A stretch of 64,000 nt of DNA, taken from a virus. The stretch spans positions 1-64,000 of IMG/VR virus record IMGVR_UViG_3300042881_004673, one strand, 5' to 3'. This document shows positions 1 to 10,537 of this stretch, one piece after another (position 1 is the first letter of the stretch; every line of letters starts with the position of its first letter). Below the pieces are notes generated by a model. That model was not told the DNA's origin. It worked only from the letters and a program-made list of their open reading frames with translations, and did no database searches. Made by a program: the position numbers and the translations under genes.

Positions 1-294
1 TGTATAAGTTGGGAACATTAAAATTACCAAAGATGATTAAAAAATATCGTAGTGGTAAAGAGATTGAACAACAAGCAACATTTGATAACGATACAGCGGT
101 TAATGGACCAAAAATAGTCTCTATGGTGCCACATTGGGACACATATACTCCTGAGTTATCTTATTGGCAAAATGAAATATTAGGATTTGATATACCAGCT
201 TATGATAATTTGTTTGATGAATTACCGTAAAATTGTTATATTTATAAAACAAATAATATTAATAATTAAAAAAAATATAAAACAAGATTTAAAG

Positions 295-540
295 ATGAAA
301 ATAATTAAGATATTACTAATATCGTTTTTGGTTTTTTCCTGTGTGGAAAAAAAATACAAATATGAAATTAAAGGAAAGGTTTATGTCCCAACCTCAGGGA
401 CTAACCCAATGCATGATGCCATTTGGTATACAGACACAATAAGTTTTGACGGAGATGTCGCATATTATTTTAACAGTGATGGATCAGAAGTTAGAATATA
501 TCCACCATTTATTTTAATTGATCACAGCTTAAAAAAATAA
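295..540 (+). CDS. Small predicted lipoprotein
   Basis: Start moved to ATG 295; MKIIKILLISFLVFSC is a lipobox-type signal. Confidence 0.6.
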   Translation: MKIIKILLISFLVFSCVEKKYKYEIKGKVYVPTSGTNPMHDAIWYTDTISFDGDVAYYFNSDGSEVRIYPPFILIDHSLKK

Positions 541-679
541 ACAATTACTGATATTGGGGTTAAAGATAAAAAAACTTTATGTTTAAGAGTATCTTACTAT
601 AGTTATAATAAACCAAATAAACTTTTTTTCCGACTTTTAGAGGAAAGATTATCTCAGTATTGGGATTAAAAAAAACATT

Positions 680-856
680 ATGGATAAGAAAATATTACAC
701 GGAAAATTAATGAATGATCATAGGGCGATAATAAATGAAATTTCAGATATAAAAGCCGAAAATTTTGAACTAAATGAAGATCAAAAAAAACAAGTTGCAA
801 AACTTGAAAATCAGTTAAAGTTTATTGCCGAAAAATTATATCGTCTTTATATGTAA
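680..856 (+). CDS. 58-aa coiled-coil protein missing from the ORF track; paralog of 59035..59214
   Basis: Hand translation MDKKILHGKLMNDHRAIINEISDIKAENFELNEDQKKQVAKLENQLKFIAEKLYRLYM. Confidence 0.65.
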   Translation: MDKKILHGKLMNDHRAIINEISDIKAENFELNEDQKKQVAKLENQLKFIAEKLYRLYM

Positions 857-860
857 AATT

Positions 861-1112
861 ATGGTCGGACATTTAATAAAACATAATGATGATTGGATGG
901 TAAAATACGACGATAATGGTATTTTAAAGTTATATCCTTTTTGTCCTGAAACCCAAAAATGGTCACAAAAACCTGAAGTTAAAAAATTCATAAAAGAAGA
1001 TATTGAAGTTTTATTTGATTTTATTATAACGGGTGAGTATTGTAAAACCAAAGAACAAATGGTTAAGAATTATTTTGTAAAAATAAAAAAAATAGAACAC
1101 GAAACTTTATAA
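861..1112 (+). CDS. Hypothetical protein
   Basis: ATG at 861 follows the previous stop; co-oriented packing. Confidence 0.55.
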   Translation: MVGHLIKHNDDWMVKYDDNGILKLYPFCPETQKWSQKPEVKKFIKEDIEVLFDFIITGEYCKTKEQMVKNYFVKIKKIEHETL

Positions 1113-1155
1113 AATAAAGTTCTGAATATTAACATATCTTAAATAAAAAAATTAA

Positions 1156-1461
1156 ATGGGGTTTGATAAAAAAATATTAGATTTAAGTAGAACAATCTAC
1201 CAAAAATCTGTTATGGTACACGGATCAAAAGAAAATCCAAAAGAACACATTGAAAATATTAGAGGAATGATTAGAGAGTTTATCAGGACAGAAGTTGTTC
1301 CTTACGAATTAACCAATCAAGAAAAAATGTCTTTTATTTTAAAAAATGAATTAATAATAACAAGAGCAATTATTAATGGTCACAAATCTATTGACCAAGA
1401 CGAATATCAAAAAACTAGAGATAAAATCAAAAAATATAGAATAGAATTGAATTTAATTTAA
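1156..1461 (+). CDS. Hypothetical protein
   Basis: ORF track; A-rich ATG context. Confidence 0.55.
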   Translation: MGFDKKILDLSRTIYQKSVMVHGSKENPKEHIENIRGMIREFIRTEVVPYELTNQEKMSFILKNELIITRAIINGHKSIDQDEYQKTRDKIKKYRIELNLI

Positions 1462-1471
1462 ATTATTTTAT

Positions 1472-1479
1472 TATATTTG
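1472..1479 (+). promoter_or_regulatory. Bacteroidota-type -7 promoter element TAnnTTTG
   Basis: TATATTTG, 4 nt before ATG 1484. Confidence 0.65.
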
Positions 1480-1483
1480 TATT

Positions 1484-2176
1484 ATGAAATTAACTATCCT
1501 ATCAGATACTCACGGAAAACACAAACACGTGCACCACGATTTACATGGTGGCGATTTGTTAATTCACGCCGGAGACATAAGTTCTATGGGTTACGAACAC
1601 GAGATTACTCAGTTTGCGGGTTGGTATGATAAAATTGCAACTTACGATCATAAAGTATTCATTGCGGGTAACCACGATTGGGGATTCCAAAACAACGTTG
1701 AGAAAGTAAAAGGTATCTTAACGGGATATAAAACTATTGAGTATATCCAAGATGAGTTAATGACCATCCAAGATGGTGATGGACCTGAAATTAAAATTTG
1801 GGGTTCTCCTTGGCAACCTGAGTTCTACAATTGGGCATTTAACTTACCAAAAAATGGTGAAGAGTTAAAAGCAAAATGGGATATGATTCCTGAAGGAATT
1901 GATATCTTGATTACTCACGGACCGGCTTGGGGAATATTGGATGATGTTGAAGGTAACCGCAATGTTCACTTGGGTTGTGAATTACTTGCAGAGAAAATCA
2001 AACAAATCAAACCTAAAATCCATATCTGTGGTCACATCCATAGCGGACACGGACATTACTATGATGGACACACACATTACTTCAATGCGTCTGCGTTAAA
2101 CGAGCAATATCTTTATTCCCACAAACCTTGGAATATTGATTGGAATCCAATAACCAATGAAATAGACTTTTTATAG
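1484..2176 (+). CDS. Calcineurin-like metallophosphoesterase (MPPED/239FB-like)
   Basis: SDTH, HAGD, AGNHD, THGP and GHIH motifs. Confidence 0.9.
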   Translation: MKLTILSDTHGKHKHVHHDLHGGDLLIHAGDISSMGYEHEITQFAGWYDKIATYDHKVFIAGNHDWGFQNNVEKVKGILTGYKTIEYIQDELMTIQDGDGPEIKIWGSPWQPEFYNWAFNLPKNGEELKAKWDMIPEGIDILITHGPAWGILDDVEGNRNVHLGCELLAEKIKQIKPKIHICGHIHSGHGHYYDGHTHYFNASALNEQYLYSHKPWNIDWNPITNEIDFL

Positions 2177-2261
2177 ATGTTTTAGTAGGTTAATGCCTAT
2201 GACTGAGTTGACATTGCAATAAAAATTGATTATAATAAAAATATAAAAACAAATTAAAAAT

Positions 2262-2504
2262 ATGAAAAAATTATTATTACCTGTGATCGTTATGTTATTT
2301 ATCATGACTTCATGTAAGACAAAATCTAATTGCGATGCTTATACCAAAAATTTAAATAACGGAATAGACTCTCTTGAAACCCAAATTAAAAGTAAAAAAG
2401 ATTCTATTAATCTATTAAACAATTATATAGTTTTCTTAGAAAATGAAACACAGTTTTTGGGTAGTATTCTTGCAGAGAAAGAATTCGAGGACGGTATTGA
2501 ATAA
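2262..2504 (+). CDS. Small lipoprotein with coiled coil
   Basis: MKKLLLPVIVMLFIMTSC lipobox. Confidence 0.6.
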   Translation: MKKLLLPVIVMLFIMTSCKTKSNCDAYTKNLNNGIDSLETQIKSKKDSINLLNNYIVFLENETQFLGSILAEKEFEDGIE

Positions 2505-2530
2505 CAAATAAATTACTAAAAACATAAAAC

Positions 2531-2782
2531 GTGAAAAAAAGAACACTCAACGAAATAAGACAAGAGAAAGAATTTGGTTACAAACCACCGGTAGATAAGA
2601 AAACAAAACCGGAACAAAATTTTGAGATTAAAATTACCATAACAGATGGAGAAAAAAAAATAAAATCAAAAATTAATGTTTCCGATTATAAAACATCAAA
2701 AGAATTACATAACGTTAGTTTGGTTGATGAAACTGTGGTTTCTTTGTTATCTCAATTTGAAAATAAAGAAATACAGAATTAA
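2531..2782 (+). CDS. Hypothetical protein
   Basis: ORF track; tight packing. Confidence 0.5.
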   Translation: MKKRTLNEIRQEKEFGYKPPVDKKTKPEQNFEIKITITDGEKKIKSKINVSDYKTSKELHNVSLVDETVVSLLSQFENKEIQN

Positions 2783-2794
2783 ATTAAAAATATC

Positions 2795-3013
2795 ATGAGT
2801 GAAAAAATAACACCTTACATAGGGTCGGATGGTGATTTTTATATGGATGACGACGAAATTAAATTATGGGACAACACATTAATGGATGGCCTTAAAGAAA
2901 TTAAAGTTGAGGAAGTAATTGACAAAATCAGAAATTATTACAATACCTGTTGTGATATTGATGGAAGACCACCATCTAAAGTAAAATTCAACGAGTTTCT
3001 TGATTTATTATAA
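2795..3013 (+). CDS. Hypothetical protein
   Basis: ORF track; WDNTLMDGL motif. Confidence 0.55.
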   Translation: MSEKITPYIGSDGDFYMDDDEIKLWDNTLMDGLKEIKVEEVIDKIRNYYNTCCDIDGRPPSKVKFNEFLDLL

Positions 3014-3034
3014 AAAAATTTATAACTTTGTTTT

Positions 3035-3280
3035 ATGGGAAAAATAACAATAGAATTTGATTCGATAGAAGAATCACAAGATGCTAGAGTAGCTCTTGAT
3101 GGTTATAAATGGAAATTGGCAATGTGGGATCTTGATCAAAAGTTAAGAGCGACAACCAAACACGGAATTAAGTTTTATTCCAATGAAGAAGCATCAAGTG
3201 AGGAAATGGAAATCTGTGAAAAAATCAGAGAAGAAATAAGAGAGACTCTTGAAGGTTATAGTTTAAATTTAAACGATTAA
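3035..3280 (+). CDS. Hypothetical phage protein
   Basis: TAACTTTG promoter element at 3023-3030, 4 nt before ATG. Confidence 0.65.
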   Translation: MGKITIEFDSIEESQDARVALDGYKWKLAMWDLDQKLRATTKHGIKFYSNEEASSEEMEICEKIREEIRETLEGYSLNLND

Positions 3281-3466
3281 AATGATATAATTTTTTATTG
3301 CAAAAAGTATGAATTTTTCATATAAATCGCAAATTAAAACTAAGTAAAAACAAAAGACAAATGAAAAAGTTATTCAGATACCTAATATGGTTACAACAAG
3401 AAAAAATAAATGCAATGGTATATTGCCAACGAGGATTTTAAAAATAAAACAAAATTTATAAAAAAT

Positions 3467-3916
3467 ATGAAAAAAGTAATAATTAGTATCGCGTTAATGT
3501 TAAACTTAAATGTTAACGCACAATGGATGAACAAAAATATTAATAATGGGTTTGATGAACCTTATCGGATATGTTATACTGCTGAAAATAATGGATCAGT
3601 TTTAAAGTTAGAAAATGTGGATGGGACAATATTTTTTTATCTGTTGGGGGGATATACTTGTGATGAATACCCAACGGTAGACTTATCTTTTTTAGTTAAT
3701 GGTTCTTATGTGAAATACTCTGAACCTATGGAAGTTTCTGAAGATAGAACAATTATATGGATAGTCGATAACTTAATGGAAAGCACTATACTTAACGACT
3801 TTAAACTATGTAGTTTATTAAAAATTAGGGTAAATGATATAACTTGCTCATCTGAAGTTTTTACCTTCAACATGGCCGGAAGCACATCGGCACTTAAGTT
3901 TATAGGTGAGAAATAA
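3467..3916 (+). CDS. Secreted hypothetical protein
   Basis: Start moved to ATG 3467; signal peptide MKKVIISIALMLNLNVNA-QW. Confidence 0.6.
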   Translation: MKKVIISIALMLNLNVNAQWMNKNINNGFDEPYRICYTAENNGSVLKLENVDGTIFFYLLGGYTCDEYPTVDLSFLVNGSYVKYSEPMEVSEDRTIIWIVDNLMESTILNDFKLCSLLKIRVNDITCSSEVFTFNMAGSTSALKFIGEK

Positions 3917-4962
3917 TGAATAATTTAGATAAACAATACACTGATTTATTACAGGACATTCTTGAAAATGGAGTTACAAAATCAGATCGTACTGGTACTG
4001 GAACTCTTTCAGTGTTTGGAAGACAGATTAGACATAAAATGAGTGAGGGGTTTCCATTACTTACAACTAAGAAAATGCCGTTCAAAACAATAACAACAGA
4101 ATTACTATGGTTCCTTCGTGGTGATTCAGATATTAGGTTTTTATGGGAAAATAATTGTAAAATATGGGACGGTGATTGGGAAAAAAATTACAAAACTACT
4201 TGTTCAGAACCATATACAATAGAAGAGGTTAAACAGAAAGTAAAAGATGGTAATCATTCTTTTCACGATTCAATGTTTGATATGGGTCCTGTGTATGGTA
4301 AGCAATGGAGAAGTTGGGGTGAAAGAAAACACGACTCAATTAGTAATGAATACTTCATTGGTATAGACCAAATCCAAAATCTAATCAACGACCTTAAAAC
4401 AAATCCTGACTCAAGACGATTGATGGTGAATGCTTGGAATGTGGGTGAATTAGACCAAATGGTTCTTCCACCTTGCCATTATGGATTTCAAGTTTATACA
4501 AAAGAGTTAAGTTTAGAAGAAAGAAGATCATTAGTCAGTCAAGAAATGTTTAATCGACTCTATAATGGTGGAGGACCTGATACTTTATCTCATTCTGAAA
4601 TCAATCAATTTAATGTCCCAACCAGATCAATCTCTTTAATGTGGAACCAAAGATCGTGTGATATTTTTTTGGGAATCCCATTCAATATCGCTTCATATGG
4701 ACTGTTATTAGAAATATTGGCAAAAGAAGTAAATATGGTTCCTGACGAATTGATTGGAAACTTGGGTGATACTCACCTTTACCTTAACCACATTGAACAA
4801 GCAAAAGAACAGATTGGTAGAGAACCGTTTCCATTACCAACCTTAAATCAGTTCCCAACTTATGAAGGGTCAAGACCATCAATAGAATCTTATGTGATAG
4901 GTGATTTCACATTAAAAGGTTATCAGTCACACGAAAAAATTAAAGCACCATTATCAAATTAA
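3916..4962 (+). CDS. thyA: Thymidylate synthase
   Basis: DRTGTGT, ELLWFL, GPVYGKQWR, SRR, LPPCH, QRSCD and PFNIASY motifs. Confidence 0.97.
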   Translation: MNNLDKQYTDLLQDILENGVTKSDRTGTGTLSVFGRQIRHKMSEGFPLLTTKKMPFKTITTELLWFLRGDSDIRFLWENNCKIWDGDWEKNYKTTCSEPYTIEEVKQKVKDGNHSFHDSMFDMGPVYGKQWRSWGERKHDSISNEYFIGIDQIQNLINDLKTNPDSRRLMVNAWNVGELDQMVLPPCHYGFQVYTKELSLEERRSLVSQEMFNRLYNGGGPDTLSHSEINQFNVPTRSISLMWNQRSCDIFLGIPFNIASYGLLLEILAKEVNMVPDELIGNLGDTHLYLNHIEQAKEQIGREPFPLPTLNQFPTYEGSRPSIESYVIGDFTLKGYQSHEKIKAPLSN

Positions 4963-4973
4963 AAATAAAAAAA

Positions 4974-5291
4974 ATGAAAGAACAAGAAATTAAAAAAGAA
5001 ACAACCCCAAAGAAAAAATATTATAAACCAAAAATAAAAAGAGAAATTTTAGAAATTGACGTTCCTAAAATTGGAAATAAAATTGATAAGGTAGTTAATT
5101 CAGAAAAACCATATTTGGAATACAAAAAACTAATAACAAATAAAAATGTTGGTAGTTATTTTATGGGCACTGGAAAAGGATTCCATATCTATTTGGAGAA
5201 AAAACCAAATTGGTTACACAGAAAATGTATGGAACTATTTTTAGGTTGGAAATGGATAGAAAATAATGAAATAAAATCACATAAATTATAA
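4974..5291 (+). CDS. Hypothetical protein
   Basis: ORF track. Confidence 0.55.
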   Translation: MKEQEIKKETTPKKKYYKPKIKREILEIDVPKIGNKIDKVVNSEKPYLEYKKLITNKNVGSYFMGTGKGFHIYLEKKPNWLHRKCMELFLGWKWIENNEIKSHKL

Positions 5292-5292
5292 A

Positions 5293-5517
5293 ATGAAAAA
5301 AACAATATTAATAGGTCTTATAGTGTTAATGACATCCTGCACTTCAAAATACAAATACTTAATTACAGATCATAAGGGTCAATATTACTTGTGTAATTTT
5401 TATAATAAAACGGGTGATGATTGTATCTTATTTAATGATAAACCAGGGTATAATAATAATAATGTTGGAACACCAACAAGAGTTTGTGGTGATTACGAAA
5501 TTAAAAATTTAAAGTAG
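5293..5517 (+). CDS. Small lipoprotein
   Basis: MKKTILIGLIVLMTSC lipobox. Confidence 0.6.
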   Translation: MKKTILIGLIVLMTSCTSKYKYLITDHKGQYYLCNFYNKTGDDCILFNDKPGYNNNNVGTPTRVCGDYEIKNLK

Positions 5518-5518
5518 T

Positions 5519-5752
5519 GTGAAAACCAAAATCCATGTGAACCAACATCGCATAAGGTCAAATAAAACTAAAAAAACAGATCTACCTGTGATTACAATAA
5601 AACAAGGTAGAAAGAACACATATTGTAATGAGGTTGAAATACTTGGACCAAGTAGAATTATATATTGTGGGAGTGGAGATCAAAAACCATTACTCAGTTG
5701 TGGAGCAAGAGTTGTAATAGAAACAGAAAGTGAAATAAATATTATATCATAA
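5519..5752 (+). CDS. Conserved hypothetical phage protein
   Basis: IHVNQH...LSCGARVVIET pattern. Confidence 0.65.
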   Translation: MKTKIHVNQHRIRSNKTKKTDLPVITIKQGRKNTYCNEVEILGPSRIIYCGSGDQKPLLSCGARVVIETESEINIIS

Positions 5753-5753
5753 A

Positions 5754-5777
5754 AAAACCCCGAGTGATCGGGGTTTT
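5754..5777. terminator. Bidirectional intrinsic terminator
   Basis: AAAACCCCGA-GTGA-TCGGGGTTTT between convergent genes. Confidence 0.85.
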
Positions 5778-5782
5778 CTGTT

Positions 5783-6607
5783 TTACTTAAGTAAGTTGTA
5801 ATACTCTTTAAAGTGTTTGATTCTATCAGGTAAACCAATAGTTCCGCCATTTACTCGTTTAGTTACTGCAGTTACCGTAGCATCATCCGCCCCTTTATCA
5901 CATATAGACCAAAGTTTATTTGAGTCAAAAAAGAACGCTGCCGAAGCCAAAGGATATTTGGTTGAAACTAAATCAGGATTTGAAATACAATCTTCACCAA
6001 TAAATTTTGTAAAGTTTGTATAGTTTGCCTTACCTGTTAATTGAATAAAACCTCTACCTCTAAATTTATAACCTTCTTTTGAAGCTTCGTCACCATTACC
6101 CATTCTACCACCATAAACACGGGATGCAATCTTTTCAGGTTGTTTTGCGTATGACTCATTTAAGTTACCAGGGAAGTATTTTCCAAATATTTTCTTCAAA
6201 CCATCCGCAGAATAATTTAAATTCTCAGAAACCGCCTTAAAACCTCCTGATTCGTGACCACATTGGGCTAAAAAATGAGCCAAACGTAGGTTATTTGTAA
6301 TATTGAATTTTTTTGCAGTGTCAGGTATCTGTGCAATTACTGCATCAGGTATATGACCCTTTAATTTTTCAATATTTAATGATCCACCTGAAGGAATAAC
6401 AACATCTTCTTTGATGACTTGGGTAGCTCCGAACATTTTTGACCATGTTCCATCACCAACAATACCATCTGCGGTTAATCCATTAGCTGATTGCCATTCT
6501 TTTACTACTTTTTCCGTACCAGGTCCAAATGCGCCGTCAGCGGTAAGTCCTAATTTTGTTTGGAGTTTTTTTACATCCTCTCCTTTAGATCCATTTTTTA
6601 ATAACAT
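5783..6607 (-). CDS. Endolysin: peptidoglycan-binding domain + GH19 catalytic domain
   Basis: ADGxxGxxT repeats; FLAQCGHES, RGRGFIQLTG, TKRVNGG. Confidence 0.92.
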   Translation of the reverse strand: MLLKNGSKGEDVKKLQTKLGLTADGAFGPGTEKVVKEWQSANGLTADGIVGDGTWSKMFGATQVIKEDVVIPSGGSLNIEKLKGHIPDAVIAQIPDTAKKFNITNNLRLAHFLAQCGHESGGFKAVSENLNYSADGLKKIFGKYFPGNLNESYAKQPEKIASRVYGGRMGNGDEASKEGYKFRGRGFIQLTGKANYTNFTKFIGEDCISNPDLVSTKYPLASAAFFFDSNKLWSICDKGADDATVTAVTKRVNGGTIGLPDRIKHFKEYYNLLK

Positions 6608-6711
6608 AATATATAAGTTTATTATAAATATAATAGTAAATTAAAAGTAAATACTTTTATGAAAAAAATGTCATTTTAAATATTATCATATATTTATTAA
6701 TAAATAAAATT

Positions 6712-7311
6712 ATGAAATACACTAAAGAAAAGATTGAGTCTACCGTAAAGACTAAAGGTTATGTTTGGTTTGAAGACACAAACAATAAAGGATATGATGT
6801 AAATATTGTTGGAATCAGAAACTCATCTGTTGGAGACAAAGTTACAAATGTTTTTGACGATTTATTAACCTTAAGTTATAAAGACGAAAAAGGTGTTTGG
6901 CAATATCACGAATGGTTGGCAACTACAGATCCAGGAACAAAGGGTGTTAAACAATTTGGTAATAAAGCTGGAGTTGCTAGACTTGTTGAAGGACAATATA
7001 GAGGTTCTCACATTATTAGATTACATGGAGGAAAATACGAAGCGTTAGGACAAAACAAACCGGTTAAAGTTTATAGAGATGCAAACCGTGATATGGTATA
7101 TGACGAAAAACTAATTCAAGAAGGGGTATTTGGAATAAACATTCATAAAGCAGGTGCCGACTCAACATATGTGGAAAATTGGTCTGAAGGATGTCAAGTA
7201 TTTAAAAAATCCGCAGACTTTGAATCTTTTATGAAAATATGTAGAAAGTCTCGTGACATTCACGGTAATTCATTTACATATACGTTAATTGAAAGTTTAG
7301 ATATTAAATAA
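6712..7311 (+). CDS. Putative L,D-transpeptidase-like (YkuD-like) cell-wall enzyme
   Basis: GINIHKAG...WSEGCQV His/Cys pair; TATTTAT at 6691. Confidence 0.55.
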   Translation: MKYTKEKIESTVKTKGYVWFEDTNNKGYDVNIVGIRNSSVGDKVTNVFDDLLTLSYKDEKGVWQYHEWLATTDPGTKGVKQFGNKAGVARLVEGQYRGSHIIRLHGGKYEALGQNKPVKVYRDANRDMVYDEKLIQEGVFGINIHKAGADSTYVENWSEGCQVFKKSADFESFMKICRKSRDIHGNSFTYTLIESLDIK

Positions 7312-7336
7312 ATAAATAAATAAAAAAAATAAAGTT

Positions 7337-7594
7337 ATGTTTAAAAAAATGTTTCATTGGATAAATGGGTTATTTAAGGACGAAAAAGGATCCCCATCGT
7401 CTAAAAGATTTATTGGTATATTGTGTGGTATTACCTTATGTGTTACTTTATATGCGAACAGCTATACTCACGGAGATATAAAACCTGCAGACACTTTAGT
7501 AAATGCCGTGGCAATGTTAGCGTTTGGGTGTTTAGGATTGGCATCGGTAGATAAAATTTGGGGTAAAAAAGATAACGATAAAACAGAAGAGTAA
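7337..7594 (+). CDS. Two-TM holin-like membrane protein
   Basis: SSKR followed by two hydrophobic helices, charged C-terminus, lysis context. Confidence 0.55.
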   Translation: MFKKMFHWINGLFKDEKGSPSSKRFIGILCGITLCVTLYANSYTHGDIKPADTLVNAVAMLAFGCLGLASVDKIWGKKDNDKTEE

Positions 7595-7595
7595 A

Positions 7596-7895
7596 ATGAA
7601 AAAAATAATAGCGTGTATTATATTAACCCTATTTAGTTATACAGTTTATGGTCAATGCGCCCCTAAACCAATAAAACATTGGGCTCTAAGCACAAGTGCC
7701 GGTTATATTAATGTGTCAAATATTAAACCAAAGGGAGCTATATACCAATCCAATGGTTGGTCATCTTTAAATCTTAACTACAATATCAAAAAGTGGTCTT
7801 TTGGAACTTGGGCAGGTGCTAACTATTACATAAATGGAAACCAACCTGATTTAAGATTTGGAATCTCAGTTACATACACCATAAAAACTTGGTAA
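7596..7895 (+). CDS. Secreted beta-strand-rich (outer-membrane-like) protein
   Basis: Signal peptide; alternating aromatic strands; terminal Trp. Confidence 0.5.
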   Translation: MKKIIACIILTLFSYTVYGQCAPKPIKHWALSTSAGYINVSNIKPKGAIYQSNGWSSLNLNYNIKKWSFGTWAGANYYINGNQPDLRFGISVTYTIKTW

Positions 7896-7904
7896 TATAA
7901 AAAT

Positions 7905-8264
7905 ATGAAAGAAATCGGTATAACCATAAGTTTTTTAATTAGTGGGTTATTTGGAGCTATATTAATGGCATCTAAAAACACTCAAACGAGTATTAAATCT
8001 ACTATATTGTCTATTTTTGGTGGTATGGCGGCAGCTAATTATCTTACTCCAATAATGACAGACTTACTTAACTTAAAAGAAGCTAAATTACAAAATGGTT
8101 TAGCCTTTATTGTTGGGTTTTTAGGATTAAAATTAGTAGAGATATTAAGTAATAAATTTTTAAACCAAGTTGCACCTCAACCTGAAGAGAAAACACCTGT
8201 TAAAAAAAAACCAATTAAAAAAACACCAATTAAAAAGAAAGTTATTAAAAAACCAGTTGAATGA
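7905..8264 (+). CDS. Holin-like membrane protein
   Basis: Three hydrophobic segments (AFIVGFLGL); Lys/Pro-rich tail. Confidence 0.6.
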   Translation: MKEIGITISFLISGLFGAILMASKNTQTSIKSTILSIFGGMAAANYLTPIMTDLLNLKEAKLQNGLAFIVGFLGLKLVEILSNKFLNQVAPQPEEKTPVKKKPIKKTPIKKKVIKKPVE

Positions 8265-8872
8265 TTTTAGAAAAAATAAAAAGTAAAATTTGGCTCATAT
8301 CAATACCAGTTGCTATAGCGGCCTTATTATCAATGTCCGCAATAAAAGATATTGAAGACGCTCATGTAGAGCTAGATTTAGGTAAACGAACCGCATATTA
8401 TTTAAGAACATCTACGGATAGTTTAACCTATTTGGCAATAGCATATACGGCCACTGGTAAAGAAAAATTCATTAATGAGTTTAATTCCCATTTAGAAAGA
8501 AGAAAACAACTAAAATTTGATATTATACCTGAAGGTATGGTATATTACAATGAAGGTTTAAGTTTGAGTAATGAATTAGCGTCAGTAATAGAGGATCCGG
8601 CATTTAAAGCAATGAATGACACGGCATTTTTTACTGATCAATATTTGTCGTATAAAACTAGAATTATTTCTAGTATAGAACATCTAAGAGATGTGACATA
8701 TGAAAAATCAAATAACAAACTTCAACGAGCTATACTTGAATTAAACATTTATATATACTTTTTGGTTCTATTACTATTGGGATTTGTTATTTTAATCAGA
8801 TTTGATAAGCCAATTGTTATTACTCCAGTAAAAAAGAAAAAAACAATTAAAAAACCCATAAAAAAGAAATGA
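8261..8872 (+). CDS. Two-TM protein with a periplasmic sensor-like helical domain
   Basis: TM-soluble-TM layout; LRTSTDSLTYLAIAY resembles four-helix sensor domains. Confidence 0.45.
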   Translation: MILEKIKSKIWLISIPVAIAALLSMSAIKDIEDAHVELDLGKRTAYYLRTSTDSLTYLAIAYTATGKEKFINEFNSHLERRKQLKFDIIPEGMVYYNEGLSLSNELASVIEDPAFKAMNDTAFFTDQYLSYKTRIISSIEHLRDVTYEKSNNKLQRAILELNIYIYFLVLLLLGFVILIRFDKPIVITPVKKKKTIKKPIKKK

Positions 8873-9885
8873 AAACAAAAAAACACGCACGTATGAAACA
8901 AAATCAAACAGCCGAAACACATTCAGATGAAACCTCAGGTGGTGCATCATTTGATAATACAACTACTGCATCCGCAGGAATAGAAACAGGAGATGAAAAT
9001 GCCTCAATTGGTATTGAAGCGTCCGCTAAAACTGGAACAGAGGCATCAGTAGATGGTGGATTAGATGGTAATAACGTTTATGTTGAAGCCAGTTATTCAG
9101 ATACAACTGAAGTTCATGTAACAGTAGAAGGTCAGGCTAACGCAGAAGGATTCGGAGTTAATGGTACTGTAGACGCTTACGCTAAAACAGGAAATGAGGC
9201 AAGTTTAGAAGTAAGGGCAGGTGATGAAGGAGTGGTTGCAAATGGAAGTGTATCGGCAGGAAGTTCAGTTGGTGTCGATGGTGAAGGAACTTTAGATTTA
9301 AGAGAAGGTTCAGTAACTGCAGGTGCCGGTGTATCAGTTGGAGAACAAGTTGGTGTTGGTGGTGGTGGTGAAGCTACTTATGTAGATGGTGTCGCAACTG
9401 TCGGAGTTAGTGGTGAAGTGGCAGTTTTACTTGGTGTTGATGTTGATCTAAGCGTTAGTGTTGATACGAATCAAATCGCTGAAGACGCAAGACTGGCGGC
9501 TGAACAATCAGAACGTGCTGCGGCAGAAGCGAAAGAATTGGCTGAATCAACACAAAGAGAATCTGAACGACTTGCAAAAATAGCCCAAGAAGAAACTGAA
9601 AGAAAGGCGAGAGAAGCTCAAGAAGAACTTGACAGACAATCCAAAGCTGCTAAAGAAGAAAGTGATAGATTGGCAAGAATCGCACAGGAAGAACTTGACA
9701 GACAAGCAAGAGCAGCACAAGAAGAACTTGACAGACAATCGAGAGCGGCACAAGATGAACTTAATAGACAAGCGAGAGCGGCACAAGATGAACTTGATAG
9801 ACAGGCAAGAGACGCTCAAGATGCGTTAAATAGAGCCGCAGAAGACGCTAAAAAATCAAAATGGAATCCAAAGAATTGGTTTTAA
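8869..9885 (+). CDS. Gly/Val/Ala-rich domain plus 11-residue-repeat coiled coil
   Basis: GxSVG-rich N half; AQ(E/D)ELDRQ(A/S)RA repeats. Confidence 0.7.
   Translation: MKTKKHARMKQNQTAETHSDETSGGASFDNTTTASAGIETGDENASIGIEASAKTGTEASVDGGLDGNNVYVEASYSDTTEVHVTVEGQANAEGFGVNGTVDAYAKTGNEASLEVRAGDEGVVANGSVSAGSSVGVDGEGTLDLREGSVTAGAGVSVGEQVGVGGGGEATYVDGVATVGVSGEVAVLLGVDVDLSVSVDTNQIAEDARLAAEQSERAAAEAKELAESTQRESERLAKIAQEETERKAREAQEELDRQSKAAKEESDRLARIAQEELDRQARAAQEELDRQSRAAQDELNRQARAAQDELDRQARDAQDALNRAAEDAKKSKWNPKNWF
9615..9835 (+). repeat. About 33-bp degenerate coding tandem repeat
   Basis: Recurring gcacaagatgaacttgacagacaa-like units. Confidence 0.75.
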
Positions 9886-9956
9886 TAATCAAAACCATAG
9901 TTGATTTAATAATTTAAATTATTTATACTTTTTAGGTATTAATAAATTATAAATTA

Positions 9957-10337
9957 ATGTCAAATAAAAAACCTGATAGTTATGTTGAAAACGCATCTCT
10001 TCTAACTTATGGGAGTAACATTGGGGCACCTGCAATACATGTTCCTAATATGGAAAGTTGGAAACAACCAAGAGTGATTCACGTTAACCAACAATTCCAA
10101 GATAAAGTTGAGGAATTAAAGAATGAATATCAAAAACTAATTGACGAATACAAGTGGAATGACTTGGTTTATAAGGCAAAGTTTAGTTTTGAACCTGTGA
10201 TTGGAAAAATATATCATCTTTACTATGGATTAAACAAAAAAATTTTTCTATCTTTAATAGGACCAAATGAATGGAATCGTGAACACATTGGGTCTTTTAA
10301 ATATAATCACGACAATAAATGGATTAAAATAGATTAA
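9957..10337 (+). CDS. DUF2452-like protein
   Basis: FSFEPVIGKIYHLY...LSLIGPNEW. Confidence 0.7.
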   Translation: MSNKKPDSYVENASLLTYGSNIGAPAIHVPNMESWKQPRVIHVNQQFQDKVEELKNEYQKLIDEYKWNDLVYKAKFSFEPVIGKIYHLYYGLNKKIFLSLIGPNEWNREHIGSFKYNHDNKWIKID

Positions 10338-10537
10338 AATGTTTTACAAATTAAAATACAAATTATTAAAATATATTTTATTAAAATTAAAAAAATGAAA
10401 GAAAACAGAATAAATTTTATTGGTAACTTTTTTCCTGGTTTAGGATTAGGATTGGTTATTTCATACGAAAATGGTTATTTGTATATTATGGGGGTAATAC
10501 CATTTTACCAATTTTATTTAGATATAAAAATAATAAA

